A stretch of DNA of 64,000 nt from Candidatus Rariloculaceae bacterium (GTDB lineage: Bacteria; Pseudomonadota; Gammaproteobacteria; Steroidobacterales; Rariloculaceae): positions 992,687 to 1,056,686 of the forward strand of contig OZ244860.1 of the NCBI GenBank assembly GCA_965221035.1. Direction: 5' to 3'. How positions within the stretch are numbered: position 1 is the first letter of the stretch; every line of letters starts with the position of its first letter. Under the pieces are notes generated by a model. It saw nothing but the letters and a program-made list of their open reading frames with translations, was not told the origin of the DNA and did not search any database. A program made the position numbers and the translations under genes. This document shows, piece after piece, positions 39,171 to 48,717 of this stretch.

Positions 39171-40638
39171 ACAACGGCTTCCTCCAAGTGCAGCATCGCT
39201 GTCAGCTTCGATGCGTGACATTGGCTATTCTCTGGAAACCGCGATTGCGGATCTGATCGATAACAGTATTTCCGCCAAGGCCACAACGGTGGAAATCTAC
39301 TGCGATCTGACCCACTCCGAACCGACGCTGGCAATACTGGATAACGGCGAGGGGATGACACAGGACGGAGTGGTAGCAGCAATGCGTCACGGTGCAACCA
39401 ATCCCAAAGAAGAGAGAAGCCAGGATGATCTGGGGCGTTTTGGGCTGGGATTGAAAACAGCATCATTCTCACAGTGCAGAAGGCTGACCGTGGTGAGTAC
39501 TCAAGATGGCATCGTATCGGGGGCAGAGTGGGATCTGGACCTCGTTGACGAAAAAGACGACTGGATTGTGACGATCCCTGAAGAGGGTGAGATTTCAGAA
39601 ATCCCATTCATAGATCAACTCGGCGACAACGGAACTGTCGTCATATGGCGTTCTCTGGATCGCTTGTTCGAAGACGAAATCGGGAAAAAACGAGATGAAA
39701 TTGTGAACGAGAAACTGGATGTTGTTGAAAAACATCTGGCGCTCGTATTCCACAGATTTCTCTCTGGAGAGGTAAAACGCAGAAAGAAATTATCGATAAC
39801 AATCAATGGCCACAATGTTGAGCCTTTCGATCCGTTCTGCCGAAAAAATTCCGCTACTCAGATGATGCCAGAGGAGATTTTCCGTATCGGCGATGCAACA
39901 GTACGGATGCAGCCTTATATTCTCCCCCATCACAGTAAACTTTCGGCGTCAGAATATGATTTCTACCAAAGCCGCAGCGATTTTATTTCAAATCAAGGCG
40001 CCTATATCTATCGGAATGGCCGTCTTATGGCCTGGGGTGACTGGTTCCGATTGGTGTCCAAAGGGGAAGCCACAAAGCTTGCTCGTGTTCAGATCGACTT
40101 TCCAAGCAGTCATGATGACTTGTGGACAATTGATATCAAGAAATCCCGTGCAAGACCGCCGCACGCAGTCCGAGAGAGATTGCGCCAGGTAATCACGCGG
40201 ATCACCGGAAGGAGCACATCTGTCCACCGGGGGCGCGGGAAAAAGCTGTTTGAAGAGGTTGAAGCGCCGGTTTGGGAACGGTATGCGGATCCGGGCAGTA
40301 TCCGCTACGCTCTCAACGAAGAGCACCCTTTGATCGAAGCGCTTAATAATAATCTGGATGCTTCTGAACGCCGAAAGCTGGAGTTGCTGCTTCGGGCTGT
40401 GTCGACAGCCCTGCCGGTAGAAATGATCTACTCGGACTTCTCAACGCACCCCAGAGATGTGAAGCAGTCAGAGACCGACAAAGATGCGGTTATGGAAAAC
40501 CTCCGAGAACTGAGAGACAGCCTTTTCAAAGGTTCGGAAGGCGGTGCGGAAAGTTTCCGACAGGTGATGCGATCAACGAGATTGTTTGAGAAACATCTGG
40601 ATGTCGCGGAAGATTTTATACGTGAGGAGTTTGAATGA
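39160..40638 (+). CDS. GHKL (MutL/MORC-like, HATPase_c_3-type) ATPase
   Basis: Bergerat-fold motifs: N-box ETAIADLIDNSISA, G1 ILDNGEGMT, G2 LGRFGLGLKTASF. It overlaps the vsr stop by 11 nt (other in-frame ATGs at 39124 and 39151). Confidence 0.85.
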   Translation: MPREQRLPPSAASLSASMRDIGYSLETAIADLIDNSISAKATTVEIYCDLTHSEPTLAILDNGEGMTQDGVVAAMRHGATNPKEERSQDDLGRFGLGLKTASFSQCRRLTVVSTQDGIVSGAEWDLDLVDEKDDWIVTIPEEGEISEIPFIDQLGDNGTVVIWRSLDRLFEDEIGKKRDEIVNEKLDVVEKHLALVFHRFLSGEVKRRKKLSITINGHNVEPFDPFCRKNSATQMMPEEIFRIGDATVRMQPYILPHHSKLSASEYDFYQSRSDFISNQGAYIYRNGRLMAWGDWFRLVSKGEATKLARVQIDFPSSHDDLWTIDIKKSRARPPHAVRERLRQVITRITGRSTSVHRGRGKKLFEEVEAPVWERYADPGSIRYALNEEHPLIEALNNNLDASERRKLELLLRAVSTALPVEMIYSDFSTHPRDVKQSETDKDAVMENLRELRDSLFKGSEGGAESFRQVMRSTRLFEKHLDVAEDFIREEFE

Positions 40639-43283
40639 GCACCAACCACGTGGAAAACGAGAAGAACTTTGCAAGTGCACTGATCTCCGCTCTTTCAATC
40701 TACCAGGAAGCTCCGACACGAGCCGAGGTGGAAGAAAAGGCGGAAGGTCTGGCAAAAATATTCGGGTATGCCGGAAGCCTCGACACGATTATAGAAGAAG
40801 CGATGATTGCCGTTGATACAAGAATGGGGACTGGTGTTTCTCTTGTCGATGTGGAAGCGGAGCACGACGAAGAATGGGTGCGTAAGCGTGATGATATTTC
40901 CTGGACATACTCAGACGCTTACGAGGCATTTCTCAAACAGGAGCGGTGGCATCCGAACGTAGTACAGTCATTAAGCGACGTTGGCGCTCGAATTCTCGGA
41001 CATCTGCAAGACCCGTTGAGTGAAGGTGAATGGGATCGGAGAGGCCTTGTTATTGGTCATGTCCAGTCAGGCAAAACCGCCAATTATATGGGGCTAATCG
41101 CCAAGGCGGCAGATGCCGGTTATAAATTCATCATTGTGATCGCAGGTATTCACAATAATCTTCGAAAACAGACCCAGGAGCGCATTGATGAGGGGTTCGT
41201 TGGTCGTTTAAGCGATCCTGAAAACCGTGCGCCTGTAGGTGTGGGCCTGGCCAAAGGTTATCCTCATCCAGCGACGCTCACCAATATCTATGATGATTTC
41301 AACAAGAAGACCGCAGCTCAAAGTGGTTGGAAACTGAATGATTTCAGTAAGCCTATCATTCTGGTGATCAAGAAGAACGTAAGAACGCTAAATGCACTAC
41401 ATACTTGGCTGAGCGAAATGAATGTACAGGGTGGTAGAATTGCAGACGTACCCATGTTGATGATTGATGATGAGGCCGACAGTGCGTCAATCAACACCAA
41501 TAAAGAAGACCTGGACCCGACCAAAACAAACGCGATGATAAGAAAGGTTTTGGGCCTATTCATGAAGTCCTGTTATGTCGGCTACACAGCTACACCGTTT
41601 GCAAACATCTTCATCAATCCTGACTCATATGATGAAGATGTACGGGAGGAGTTGTTTCCTCGTGATTTCATCTATTGCCTGGATGCCCCCAATACGTACT
41701 TCGGTCCGGAAAAGGTTTTTCTGGACGACACTACAAGTGCCACGATCCTGGAGCCGATTGGAGATTGTGAAGAGTATCTGCCATTCACGCACAAAAAGGA
41801 TCATGATCTTTTTGAACTGCCGCCATCTCTATATCGGGCAATAAATCAGTTTGTTCTCGTCAGAGCTATTCGCAACCTTCGCGACCAAGCGAACAAGCAT
41901 TGCTCCATGATGGTCAATGTATCCCGCTTCGTGGACATTCAAATGGCTATAAGAAGTTTCGTAAGCGTCTATGAAAAGAGGCTGCGTGAGGCCGTAAAAG
42001 CCAACTATGCAATGCCAGACGATATTGCTGACAAAAACGAATATATGCGCGCCTTAAAGGACGTATATCTTGAAGACTTTTCCGGTTGTGGATTTCAGTG
42101 GCCTGAGATCAAAGCAGCGCTTTACGAAGCATGTGAAAGCGTTCGTTTGTTTGTTGTGAACAGCAAGTCAGACGAAGTGCTTGATTACAGGAAGTATGAG
42201 CGCGATGGTCAGAGTCTGACTGCCATAGCTATAGGTGGTTTGAGCTTGTCTCGTGGTCTGACAATAGAAGGCCTGAGTGTCAGCTACATGTATAGGAATA
42301 CACGCATGTACGACACTCTCATGCAGATGGGGCGCTGGTTTGGCTATAGGCCCGGTTTCGAGGACATCTGCAGGGTACACCTGTCTCTGGACTCCATAGA
42401 CTGGTATTCTCACATTGCAGAAGCATCAGAAGAATTAAGACAGCAGATAAAAAGGATGCGTCGAGACCGGTTGAGCCCAAAGCAGTTTGGGCTTTATGTG
42501 CGCGCACATCCTGATCGTCTGCTTATCACTGCGACAAACAAGATGCGTTCCGGTGAGAAAATCAAAGTAAAACAAAACTTTAGCGGGCGTTTGAGGGAAA
42601 GCTACATAATCCCCTCAAACAACAGAATAAATGAAGCAAACGAAGGTCTCATTGCGGAATTCTGGCGTGATGGATTTGGTGGAGCACTCAGGGAAACAGG
42701 TAAGGGGTGGATTGCCGATAACGTACCTGTTGAGGCTATTCAGAGTTTCCTGAACCGTTTTCAGACTCACCCTGATTTCGTAGAGCAAAAATATGCCGTT
42801 GTCGCTTATCTTCAGAAGATTGCCGATAAGTATCCCGAGGGGGATGTGTTGCTCATTTCAGTAAAAAAGAATGGTGAGGATGCATCAGGTTTTCGTTTGG
42901 GTTCTCAGGAACGCGCCAGTGCCAAACAGGTAGGTGATGCCTGGCGAACAAGTAAGGACCGCGTTGCAAGCCGGGGAGATGAGAAGCTCGGGCTTACAGA
43001 GGGGCAGAAATCAGAGGCTGAAGCAATCGCTCACGAATCCGGTGCTTATAAACCCTCGGATTTCCATTATCGTAGTGTCCGTAAAAAGCCTCTTCTTATG
43101 ATCCATATTCTCGGTCCGGTTGGCTCAAAGAAAGGAACAAATAGAATTCCAGCATTCGGTGTCAGCTTTCCGCCCGGTGACTACGAAACTGAAATTAAAG
43201 TGGTTGCAAACATCGTTTGGATAGAGCGGATGCTCGGCGCTTCTGTGGACAGCCCTGACGAAGAGGATGACTATGACGAATAG
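40635..43283 (+). CDS. Z1 domain-containing P-loop (SF2-like) NTPase
   Basis: ATGA overlap with the upstream gene. Walker A GHVQSGKTANYMG, Walker B MLMIDDEADSAS, TATP motif. The C-terminal segment GGLSLSRGLTIEGLSVSYMYRNTRMYDTLMQMGRWFGYRPGFEDICRV is typical of the Z1 domain. Confidence 0.85.
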   Translation: MSTNHVENEKNFASALISALSIYQEAPTRAEVEEKAEGLAKIFGYAGSLDTIIEEAMIAVDTRMGTGVSLVDVEAEHDEEWVRKRDDISWTYSDAYEAFLKQERWHPNVVQSLSDVGARILGHLQDPLSEGEWDRRGLVIGHVQSGKTANYMGLIAKAADAGYKFIIVIAGIHNNLRKQTQERIDEGFVGRLSDPENRAPVGVGLAKGYPHPATLTNIYDDFNKKTAAQSGWKLNDFSKPIILVIKKNVRTLNALHTWLSEMNVQGGRIADVPMLMIDDEADSASINTNKEDLDPTKTNAMIRKVLGLFMKSCYVGYTATPFANIFINPDSYDEDVREELFPRDFIYCLDAPNTYFGPEKVFLDDTTSATILEPIGDCEEYLPFTHKKDHDLFELPPSLYRAINQFVLVRAIRNLRDQANKHCSMMVNVSRFVDIQMAIRSFVSVYEKRLREAVKANYAMPDDIADKNEYMRALKDVYLEDFSGCGFQWPEIKAALYEACESVRLFVVNSKSDEVLDYRKYERDGQSLTAIAIGGLSLSRGLTIEGLSVSYMYRNTRMYDTLMQMGRWFGYRPGFEDICRVHLSLDSIDWYSHIAEASEELRQQIKRMRRDRLSPKQFGLYVRAHPDRLLITATNKMRSGEKIKVKQNFSGRLRESYIIPSNNRINEANEGLIAEFWRDGFGGALRETGKGWIADNVPVEAIQSFLNRFQTHPDFVEQKYAVVAYLQKIADKYPEGDVLLISVKKNGEDASGFRLGSQERASAKQVGDAWRTSKDRVASRGDEKLGLTEGQKSEAEAIAHESGAYKPSDFHYRSVRKKPLLMIHILGPVGSKKGTNRIPAFGVSFPPGDYETEIKVVANIVWIERMLGASVDSPDEEDDYDE

Positions 43284-44247
43284 ATCGACTCCTTGGGATG
43301 AGATTAAGTCTCCCAGCGCGGATTACAATGTCCGCCTGATCAAAAGCACAAAGGTCGTGCCCCTGTTCTGGGGAAAGGATACTGACGGACACTGTCTGTT
43401 CATTGTCGAACTCAAAGGCGATCACAGCGAGCTGTTTCAAAAGATCCGTGTCAGTATTCGGGGTGTGAAGGTTGATCTGAGACAGATGTCCTCATCAGAA
43501 AACCAGAGGCTTGTCCTGGCGCTGGAACAACACATTGATCGCGATCTGTTCTTTGGACTTTGCGAAACGCTTGCTGACAGCCTTCAGAAGGTTCCGGATT
43601 CAGCAACGGCGATGTCGGTTACTCTTGTACATCTACAGCGATGGAAGGCCTTTCTATCAGGAAGGAACGCCCGGCTCCTATCACCAGAGGAGATTCGCGG
43701 CCTTTTTGCAGAGCTGTATTTTTTGCGTGGCTTGTATAATGATCACCTGACTGAAGAAGCGGCATTATCCGCCTGGTGCGGCCCGGAAGGTGGACATCAG
43801 GACTTTTTCTTTGGAAATACGGCAGTTGAAATAAAGGCGCTCTCCGGGAAAGAGCGCAGCACGGTAAACATATCTTCGGAAGATCAGCTCGAAGCCGTTT
43901 GTGACAATCTGTTTTTAAAGGTTGTCCGGCTGGTCGATCTCCCCGAATCGTCAGGCTCGGCATCGCTCAATGAGGTTGTTCAACTCGTAGAACGTGAGCT
44001 TACTGATCCCGCTGCTCTTGAGCTGTTTGCCGAAAGACTGGCCGCGTACGGCTACGTGGAGATGCTTGATTATGATGAACCCAGGCTGGCAGTTACGGGT
44101 CAGCAGGCGTATCGGGTGGAAAACGAGTTTCCAAGGCTGATCCGTTCGCAGGTTCCACAGGGGCTGACCCGCATAAGTTATGAAATAGAACTTGAAATGA
44201 TCACGCCATTTAAATGTGATGAAGCGGACATCTGGAAGGAGGACTGA
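43267..44247 (+). CDS. PD-(D/E)XK motif protein (putative nuclease)
   Basis: 326 aa, overlapping the Z1 gene by 17 nt. Candidate catalytic core GGHQD-x9-EIK (HQDFFFGNTAVEIKAL). Confidence 0.7.
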   Translation: MTMTNRSTPWDEIKSPSADYNVRLIKSTKVVPLFWGKDTDGHCLFIVELKGDHSELFQKIRVSIRGVKVDLRQMSSSENQRLVLALEQHIDRDLFFGLCETLADSLQKVPDSATAMSVTLVHLQRWKAFLSGRNARLLSPEEIRGLFAELYFLRGLYNDHLTEEAALSAWCGPEGGHQDFFFGNTAVEIKALSGKERSTVNISSEDQLEAVCDNLFLKVVRLVDLPESSGSASLNEVVQLVERELTDPAALELFAERLAAYGYVEMLDYDEPRLAVTGQQAYRVENEFPRLIRSQVPQGLTRISYEIELEMITPFKCDEADIWKED

Positions 44248-46314
44248 GTGGAGCTCACTGCAGAGGAATTTTTCCACGATTTCAGACAGGAATTAATGGC
44301 TGGGGCAGAAGCGAACAGCGCTTTTCAGCTCGCCGAGTTCATGGAAGCCATTTCAGATGAACTGACCGAAACTGGTTTTATCGAGGGGTTCGAGTTCTGT
44401 CACTATCGAGCGCAACGAGGTATGCGCGTTGATGGTTATTGGTTCTCGGAAGAAGACACCCTTGACCTGTTTGTGGCTGATTTTGAAAGCAGAGATGAAC
44501 TCTCATCCCTGACGCAGACTGATACAACCTCTACTTTTAAGCGCCTGACGAGCTTCTTTGATGCGAGCCGTAACAAAGAACTTTTCCGGGAGCTTGAGGA
44601 AACCTCACCGGAGTACGGGCTTGCCCGTCAGATTTCCGACCGGAAAAATCTGATACGCCGCGTGAACTACTACCTTGTCTCCGAACGCATACTTAGCGAC
44701 CGACTTCAGACGATCGAAGATAATGAAATCGGCGGTTCGCCCGCAACTTATCACATCTGGGATATTTCAAGGCTCCAACGGCAAAGAAGTTCTCGCGGTC
44801 GCAAGGAGGCTCTTGATCTCAACCTTGTTGAGATGTTCGGAGAAGGAATTCCCTGTCTTCGTGCACACCTTGGTTCAGACGCATACCCCTCGTATCTGGT
44901 GGTAATGCCAGGGCAAGTGCTTTCCGAACTGTACGGAAAATATGGGGCGCGGCTGCTAGAGCAGAATGTACGATCATTTCTTCAGGCGCGCGGAAAGGTG
45001 AACAAGGGCATTCGGACCACTATTCTGACCGAGCCAAATATGTTTTTTCCCTTTAACAACGGGATCACAGCTACGGCTCAGGAGATAGAAGTAGAGCCTA
45101 CGCAGGAAGGATTGCAGATAAACCGCATCAGGGATTTGCAGATCGTTAACGGTGGACAAACAACGGCATCACTCTTTCATACTGCACGTCGGGATAAGGC
45201 TCCAATGGACGGTATTTTTGTGCAGATGAAGTTGTCAGTCGTTGACAGCGAGGATAGCGAGACCATCGTTCCGCGTATATCAGAATACGCGAACACACAG
45301 AACAGGGTTAATGCAGCGGACTTCTACTCGAATCATCCATTCCATATCAGGATAGAGAAATTCTCCAGGCGTATATGGGCACCGGCACAACAGGGTGCAC
45401 AGCGAGAGACAAAGTGGTTCTACGAGCGCGCGCGCGGGCAATATGCAGATTCGCAATCCAAGCTTACGCAGGCCGAGACACGAAGATTCAGGGCGGAATA
45501 TCCAAAACCGCAGATGTTTACGAAGACGGATTTGGCAAAATTCGAAAATGTCTGGGATGAGCACCCGAGATGGGTAAACCTGGGTGCACAGAAGAACTTT
45601 GCACGATACGCAGCCAGGATCGGTAAGGAGTGGGTCAAATCAACGGAGAGTTTCAATGAGTTCTATTATCGAAGAGCAATTGCGCGGGCAATTGTATTTC
45701 GAAGAACCGAGAAACTGGTGTCAGACCAGCCCTGGTACAACGGGGGCTACCGAGCGAACATAGTCGCGTATACCATAGCGGTGTTAAGCGAATGCTCTAG
45801 ACAGCGTAAGAAGTCTATCGACTACAGCAGAATCTGGAGCAATCAAAAACTGCCGGAGTCTCTTGTTGACGCCCTAGCGATAGCCGCAAGGTTCGTGAAC
45901 GGCGATATCGCGAATCCCCCTTTAGGAATATCCAACATATCTGAGTGGTGTAAGAAAGAAGGTTGTTGGCAGAGGATTCTGAATAATATATCTCAGTTGG
46001 AAGATGATTTGCCGGAAAGGTTCTGGAAGGAGCTTGTTTCTATAGAAGAAGAAATGGAAAGGGCAAAAGCAGCCAAGAAGACGCAAAAAATTGATGACGG
46101 CATTGAAGCGCAGAAACAGATTTTTGAAGTGGACTCTAAGATCTGGGCCAAAATTTTGACCGAGGGCAATGAGAAACAACTTTTTTCGGCTAAAGACGTT
46201 GGAATCCTGAATATTGCAAAGAGTATTCCATCGAAAATACCTACCGAGAAACAGAGCTTCATACTGCTTGAAATTCTTGAGAAGGCAAGGTCAGAAGGGA
46301 TTCAGGTTGACTGA
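44248..46314 (+). CDS. AIPR (abortive-infection phage resistance-type) family protein
   Basis: The GTG start abuts the upstream TGA. 688 aa. The N-terminal FF.DFRQE.....E......LAEFME..SDEL.E.G and the central IVNGGQTT motif match what I recall of AIPR proteins. Confidence 0.7.
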   Translation: MELTAEEFFHDFRQELMAGAEANSAFQLAEFMEAISDELTETGFIEGFEFCHYRAQRGMRVDGYWFSEEDTLDLFVADFESRDELSSLTQTDTTSTFKRLTSFFDASRNKELFRELEETSPEYGLARQISDRKNLIRRVNYYLVSERILSDRLQTIEDNEIGGSPATYHIWDISRLQRQRSSRGRKEALDLNLVEMFGEGIPCLRAHLGSDAYPSYLVVMPGQVLSELYGKYGARLLEQNVRSFLQARGKVNKGIRTTILTEPNMFFPFNNGITATAQEIEVEPTQEGLQINRIRDLQIVNGGQTTASLFHTARRDKAPMDGIFVQMKLSVVDSEDSETIVPRISEYANTQNRVNAADFYSNHPFHIRIEKFSRRIWAPAQQGAQRETKWFYERARGQYADSQSKLTQAETRRFRAEYPKPQMFTKTDLAKFENVWDEHPRWVNLGAQKNFARYAARIGKEWVKSTESFNEFYYRRAIARAIVFRRTEKLVSDQPWYNGGYRANIVAYTIAVLSECSRQRKKSIDYSRIWSNQKLPESLVDALAIAARFVNGDIANPPLGISNISEWCKKEGCWQRILNNISQLEDDLPERFWKELVSIEEEMERAKAAKKTQKIDDGIEAQKQIFEVDSKIWAKILTEGNEKQLFSAKDVGILNIAKSIPSKIPTEKQSFILLEILEKARSEGIQVD

Positions 46315-46333
46315 AGAAATATGAAGTTTTGAG

Positions 46334-47215
46334 ATGCTGTATAAATTCGCGCCACCCAATGAATATACGTTGAAAAATCTGAAAGAACGAAAATTTATAT
46401 GCCGACATTTTTCTGAGTTTAATGATCCATTTGAATTCTGGGGAAATCTGAAGAGAAAAATCCCATCTGCTGAAAATGAAGAAGCGCGATTTAAAGATGC
46501 TCTTAAAACATGGGGGTTCACACCTGAGAGCCTTAATGACTTGAATTTGGAACACGAGGAGTATTTTGAATCTCTGGCGGATGGCGCACCTGATTTCGGC
46601 GCGATGTATGACTATACACGTATTGCCTGTTTTGGATCTGACATAGGTAATCTGTTGATGTGGTCTCACTACGCTGATGGCCTTCGAGGTTTGTGTCTGG
46701 AACTGGACTTTGACCTGGATGTGATAGGCGGGCTCAACAAGAGCCGCGTTTATATGACATCAGTTCGATACACCAACACACCTCCTGTTGTCGATGCGTT
46801 CAATTTTGCTGTGGCGGAGGATCAGATTGATTATCACGTAATGGCGATTGAAGAGGCAAAACAACTCGGAGATACGCGATGGGTGGACCAGTACAAGGAA
46901 GTATTGGAGGAGGAGTCCCGGAAGATACGAGACTCCATCTGGGATGATGCTTTCGCCACAAAACCTGTGGAGTGGGAATATGAGCAGGAAAAGAGACTGC
47001 TAGTTTACATGGACAGTGACAACGGCAAACCAGAATTTATGGAGTACCCGAAAGGGGCTCTAAAAAGAATCGTCCTTGGTGAGAAGATGCCTGAAGAGTT
47101 CAGAGAAGCTGTTATGGAGCTTGTAAAAAAATATTGTTCTGATGTTCCTGTCTGGGTTGCAACCAGATCATCAAAATGCTTCCAGATCAAGCTAGAACAG
47201 TTTGATCCTCAGTAA
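46334..47215 (+). CDS. DUF2971 domain-containing protein
   Basis: 293 aa. LYKF....EYTL.NL......C.HFSEFNDPFE and LMWSHYADGLRGLCLE are the hallmark DUF2971 segments. It lies 19 nt after the AIPR stop. Confidence 0.7.
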   Translation: MLYKFAPPNEYTLKNLKERKFICRHFSEFNDPFEFWGNLKRKIPSAENEEARFKDALKTWGFTPESLNDLNLEHEEYFESLADGAPDFGAMYDYTRIACFGSDIGNLLMWSHYADGLRGLCLELDFDLDVIGGLNKSRVYMTSVRYTNTPPVVDAFNFAVAEDQIDYHVMAIEEAKQLGDTRWVDQYKEVLEEESRKIRDSIWDDAFATKPVEWEYEQEKRLLVYMDSDNGKPEFMEYPKGALKRIVLGEKMPEEFREAVMELVKKYCSDVPVWVATRSSKCFQIKLEQFDPQ

Positions 47216-47318
47216 TTTCATATCTTACCCCTCGGCACATTTTCGCTACAAGGAGGAACCCGCCGCGCTTATTTACTTATGAAGTATCATGCTGGTGAGC
47301 AACTCTAGGTTGCTTGCG

Positions 47319-47713
47319 TGAGGTGGTCCCACATCTTTGTACAGTCCGTTAAGGTGTACTCCAATGTCGACAGGAGGCACTGGGATGGCGAAGAAGAGGC
47401 GTCGTTTCACTGCGCGTTTCAAGAAGCGGGTGGCGTTGGAGGCGTTGCGTGAACGTGAGAAGATTCAGGAGATTGCGGCGCGTCACCAAGTGCAACCGAG
47501 CCAGGTGACCGCTTGGAAGCGCAAGGGGCTGGAGGACGTGTTCTCTGGCTCGGGATCGAAGCGCGCGGCGGACCATGAGGCGACGATCCGGGAGCTTCAC
47601 GCGAAGATTGGCGAGTTGACGGTGGAGCGGGATTTTTTCTTCGCGGGTTGGAGCACTGAGGCGTTCGCAGCGGGCGGCGATGATCGAGCGCACCGGTCCG
47701 TTGTCGTTGTCGC
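47319..47713 (+). mobile_element. IS3-family element fragment (left end only), truncated by IS21 insertion
   Basis: Candidate left inverted repeat (IRL) TGAGGTGGTCCCAC at 47319, followed by the orfA-type transposase gene. The element stops abruptly at the IS21 terminus (47714). Confidence 0.6.
47385..47713 (+). pseudogene. IS3-family transposase OrfA remnant (frameshifted and truncated)
   Basis: AGGAGG Shine-Dalgarno. MAKKRRRFTARFKKRVALEALRE..IQEIAARHQV.PSQV..WKR.....F...........E..I.ELHAKIGELTVERDF is a typical IS3 OrfA. After the T-run at 47633..47638 the homologous reading (SRVGALRRSQRAAMIERTGPLSLSLS) continues in another frame. No OrfB is present. Confidence 0.75.
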
Positions 47714-47719
47714 TGTCAA

Positions 47720-47763
47720 TGCTGAAGTAATTTTCCCCAGTAGTGCTGAAGTAAATTTCCCCA
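47720..47763. repeat. IS21 subterminal direct repeats (tgctgaagtaattttcccca / tgctgaagtaaatttcccca)
   Basis: 47720..47739 and 47744..47763 differ at one position. Multiple subterminal repeats are a known property of IS21-family ends. Confidence 0.8.
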
Positions 47764-47778
47764 TCTTTTCTTATTTGG

Positions 47779-48624
47779 TTATTTTATTTCGATGTTTTTT
47801 CGAGGCCGGCCACGGCGTCGTTTGGGCTTGGTCATGGCCGAGACGGGGGGCAGCCGCAGGCTGTCGGGAACGAGCTTGGCGTGTTCTCTGAGCCGGTAGC
47901 TGTTGCCGGCGATTTCGATCACGATGGCATGGTGCAGCAGCCGGTCCAGGAGCGCGGCGGCCACCACGGTGTCGCCGAACACCTCGCCCCACTCGCTGAA
48001 GCCGCGGTTGGAGGTCAGGATGACGGCGCCGCGCTCGTAGCGGGCGTTGACGAGTTGGAAGAACAGGTTCGCGCCGCCTTTTTGCACGGGCAGATACCCG
48101 ACTTCGTCGATGATGAGTAGCGCCGGGCGGGTGATGAAGGCGATGCGCTGGGTGAGTTTGCCTTCGCGTTCGGCCTTGGTGAGGGTATCGATGATTTCTG
48201 CCAAGGTGGCGAAGTACACGATTTTGCCGGCCTTGACGGCTTCCACGCCCAGGGCGACGGCCAGATGGCTCTTGCCGGTGCCGGGCGGACCCAGCAGATG
48301 GATGACCTCGCCGCGCTCGATGAAGCTCAGTTCGGCCAGGGCCAGGATGCGGTTCTTGTCCAGCGAGGGCTGGAAGCTGAAGTCGAAGCCTTCCAGCGTC
48401 TTGATGCGGGTCAGCCGGGCGGTCATCAGGCAGGACTTGATGCGGCGGGTCTCGCGCGTGGCCCGTTCCTCGCCGAGCAGCTCGTCGAGGAACTCCAGCG
48501 CCGAGAGTTGACCGTCCTCGACCCGGCGCACGCAGTCGTCGAGCACTTCCAGGGCCCGGCTCATCTTCATGCCCACCAGGTGCGCGCGCAGGCGCTCCAG
48601 CGGTGTCTGCGGCAGCGCGTTCAT
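47779..48624 (-). CDS. istB: IS21-family helper ATPase IstB
   Basis: 281 aa. Walker A LLGPPGTGKSHLAVALG, Walker B LLIIDEVGY, IstB-type N-terminus. Confidence 0.9.
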   Translation of the reverse strand: MNALPQTPLERLRAHLVGMKMSRALEVLDDCVRRVEDGQLSALEFLDELLGEERATRETRRIKSCLMTARLTRIKTLEGFDFSFQPSLDKNRILALAELSFIERGEVIHLLGPPGTGKSHLAVALGVEAVKAGKIVYFATLAEIIDTLTKAEREGKLTQRIAFITRPALLIIDEVGYLPVQKGGANLFFQLVNARYERGAVILTSNRGFSEWGEVFGDTVVAAALLDRLLHHAIVIEIAGNSYRLREHAKLVPDSLRLPPVSAMTKPKRRRGRPRKNIEIK

Positions 48625-48717
48625 GAGCGTGCGCCGCCGGCCAGGGCGTGGCCGATGTGCTCGTAGACGCTCAGATCCCGGCGCCGCACGGTGTGCCCGG
48701 GAGGCATCAGCACGACT

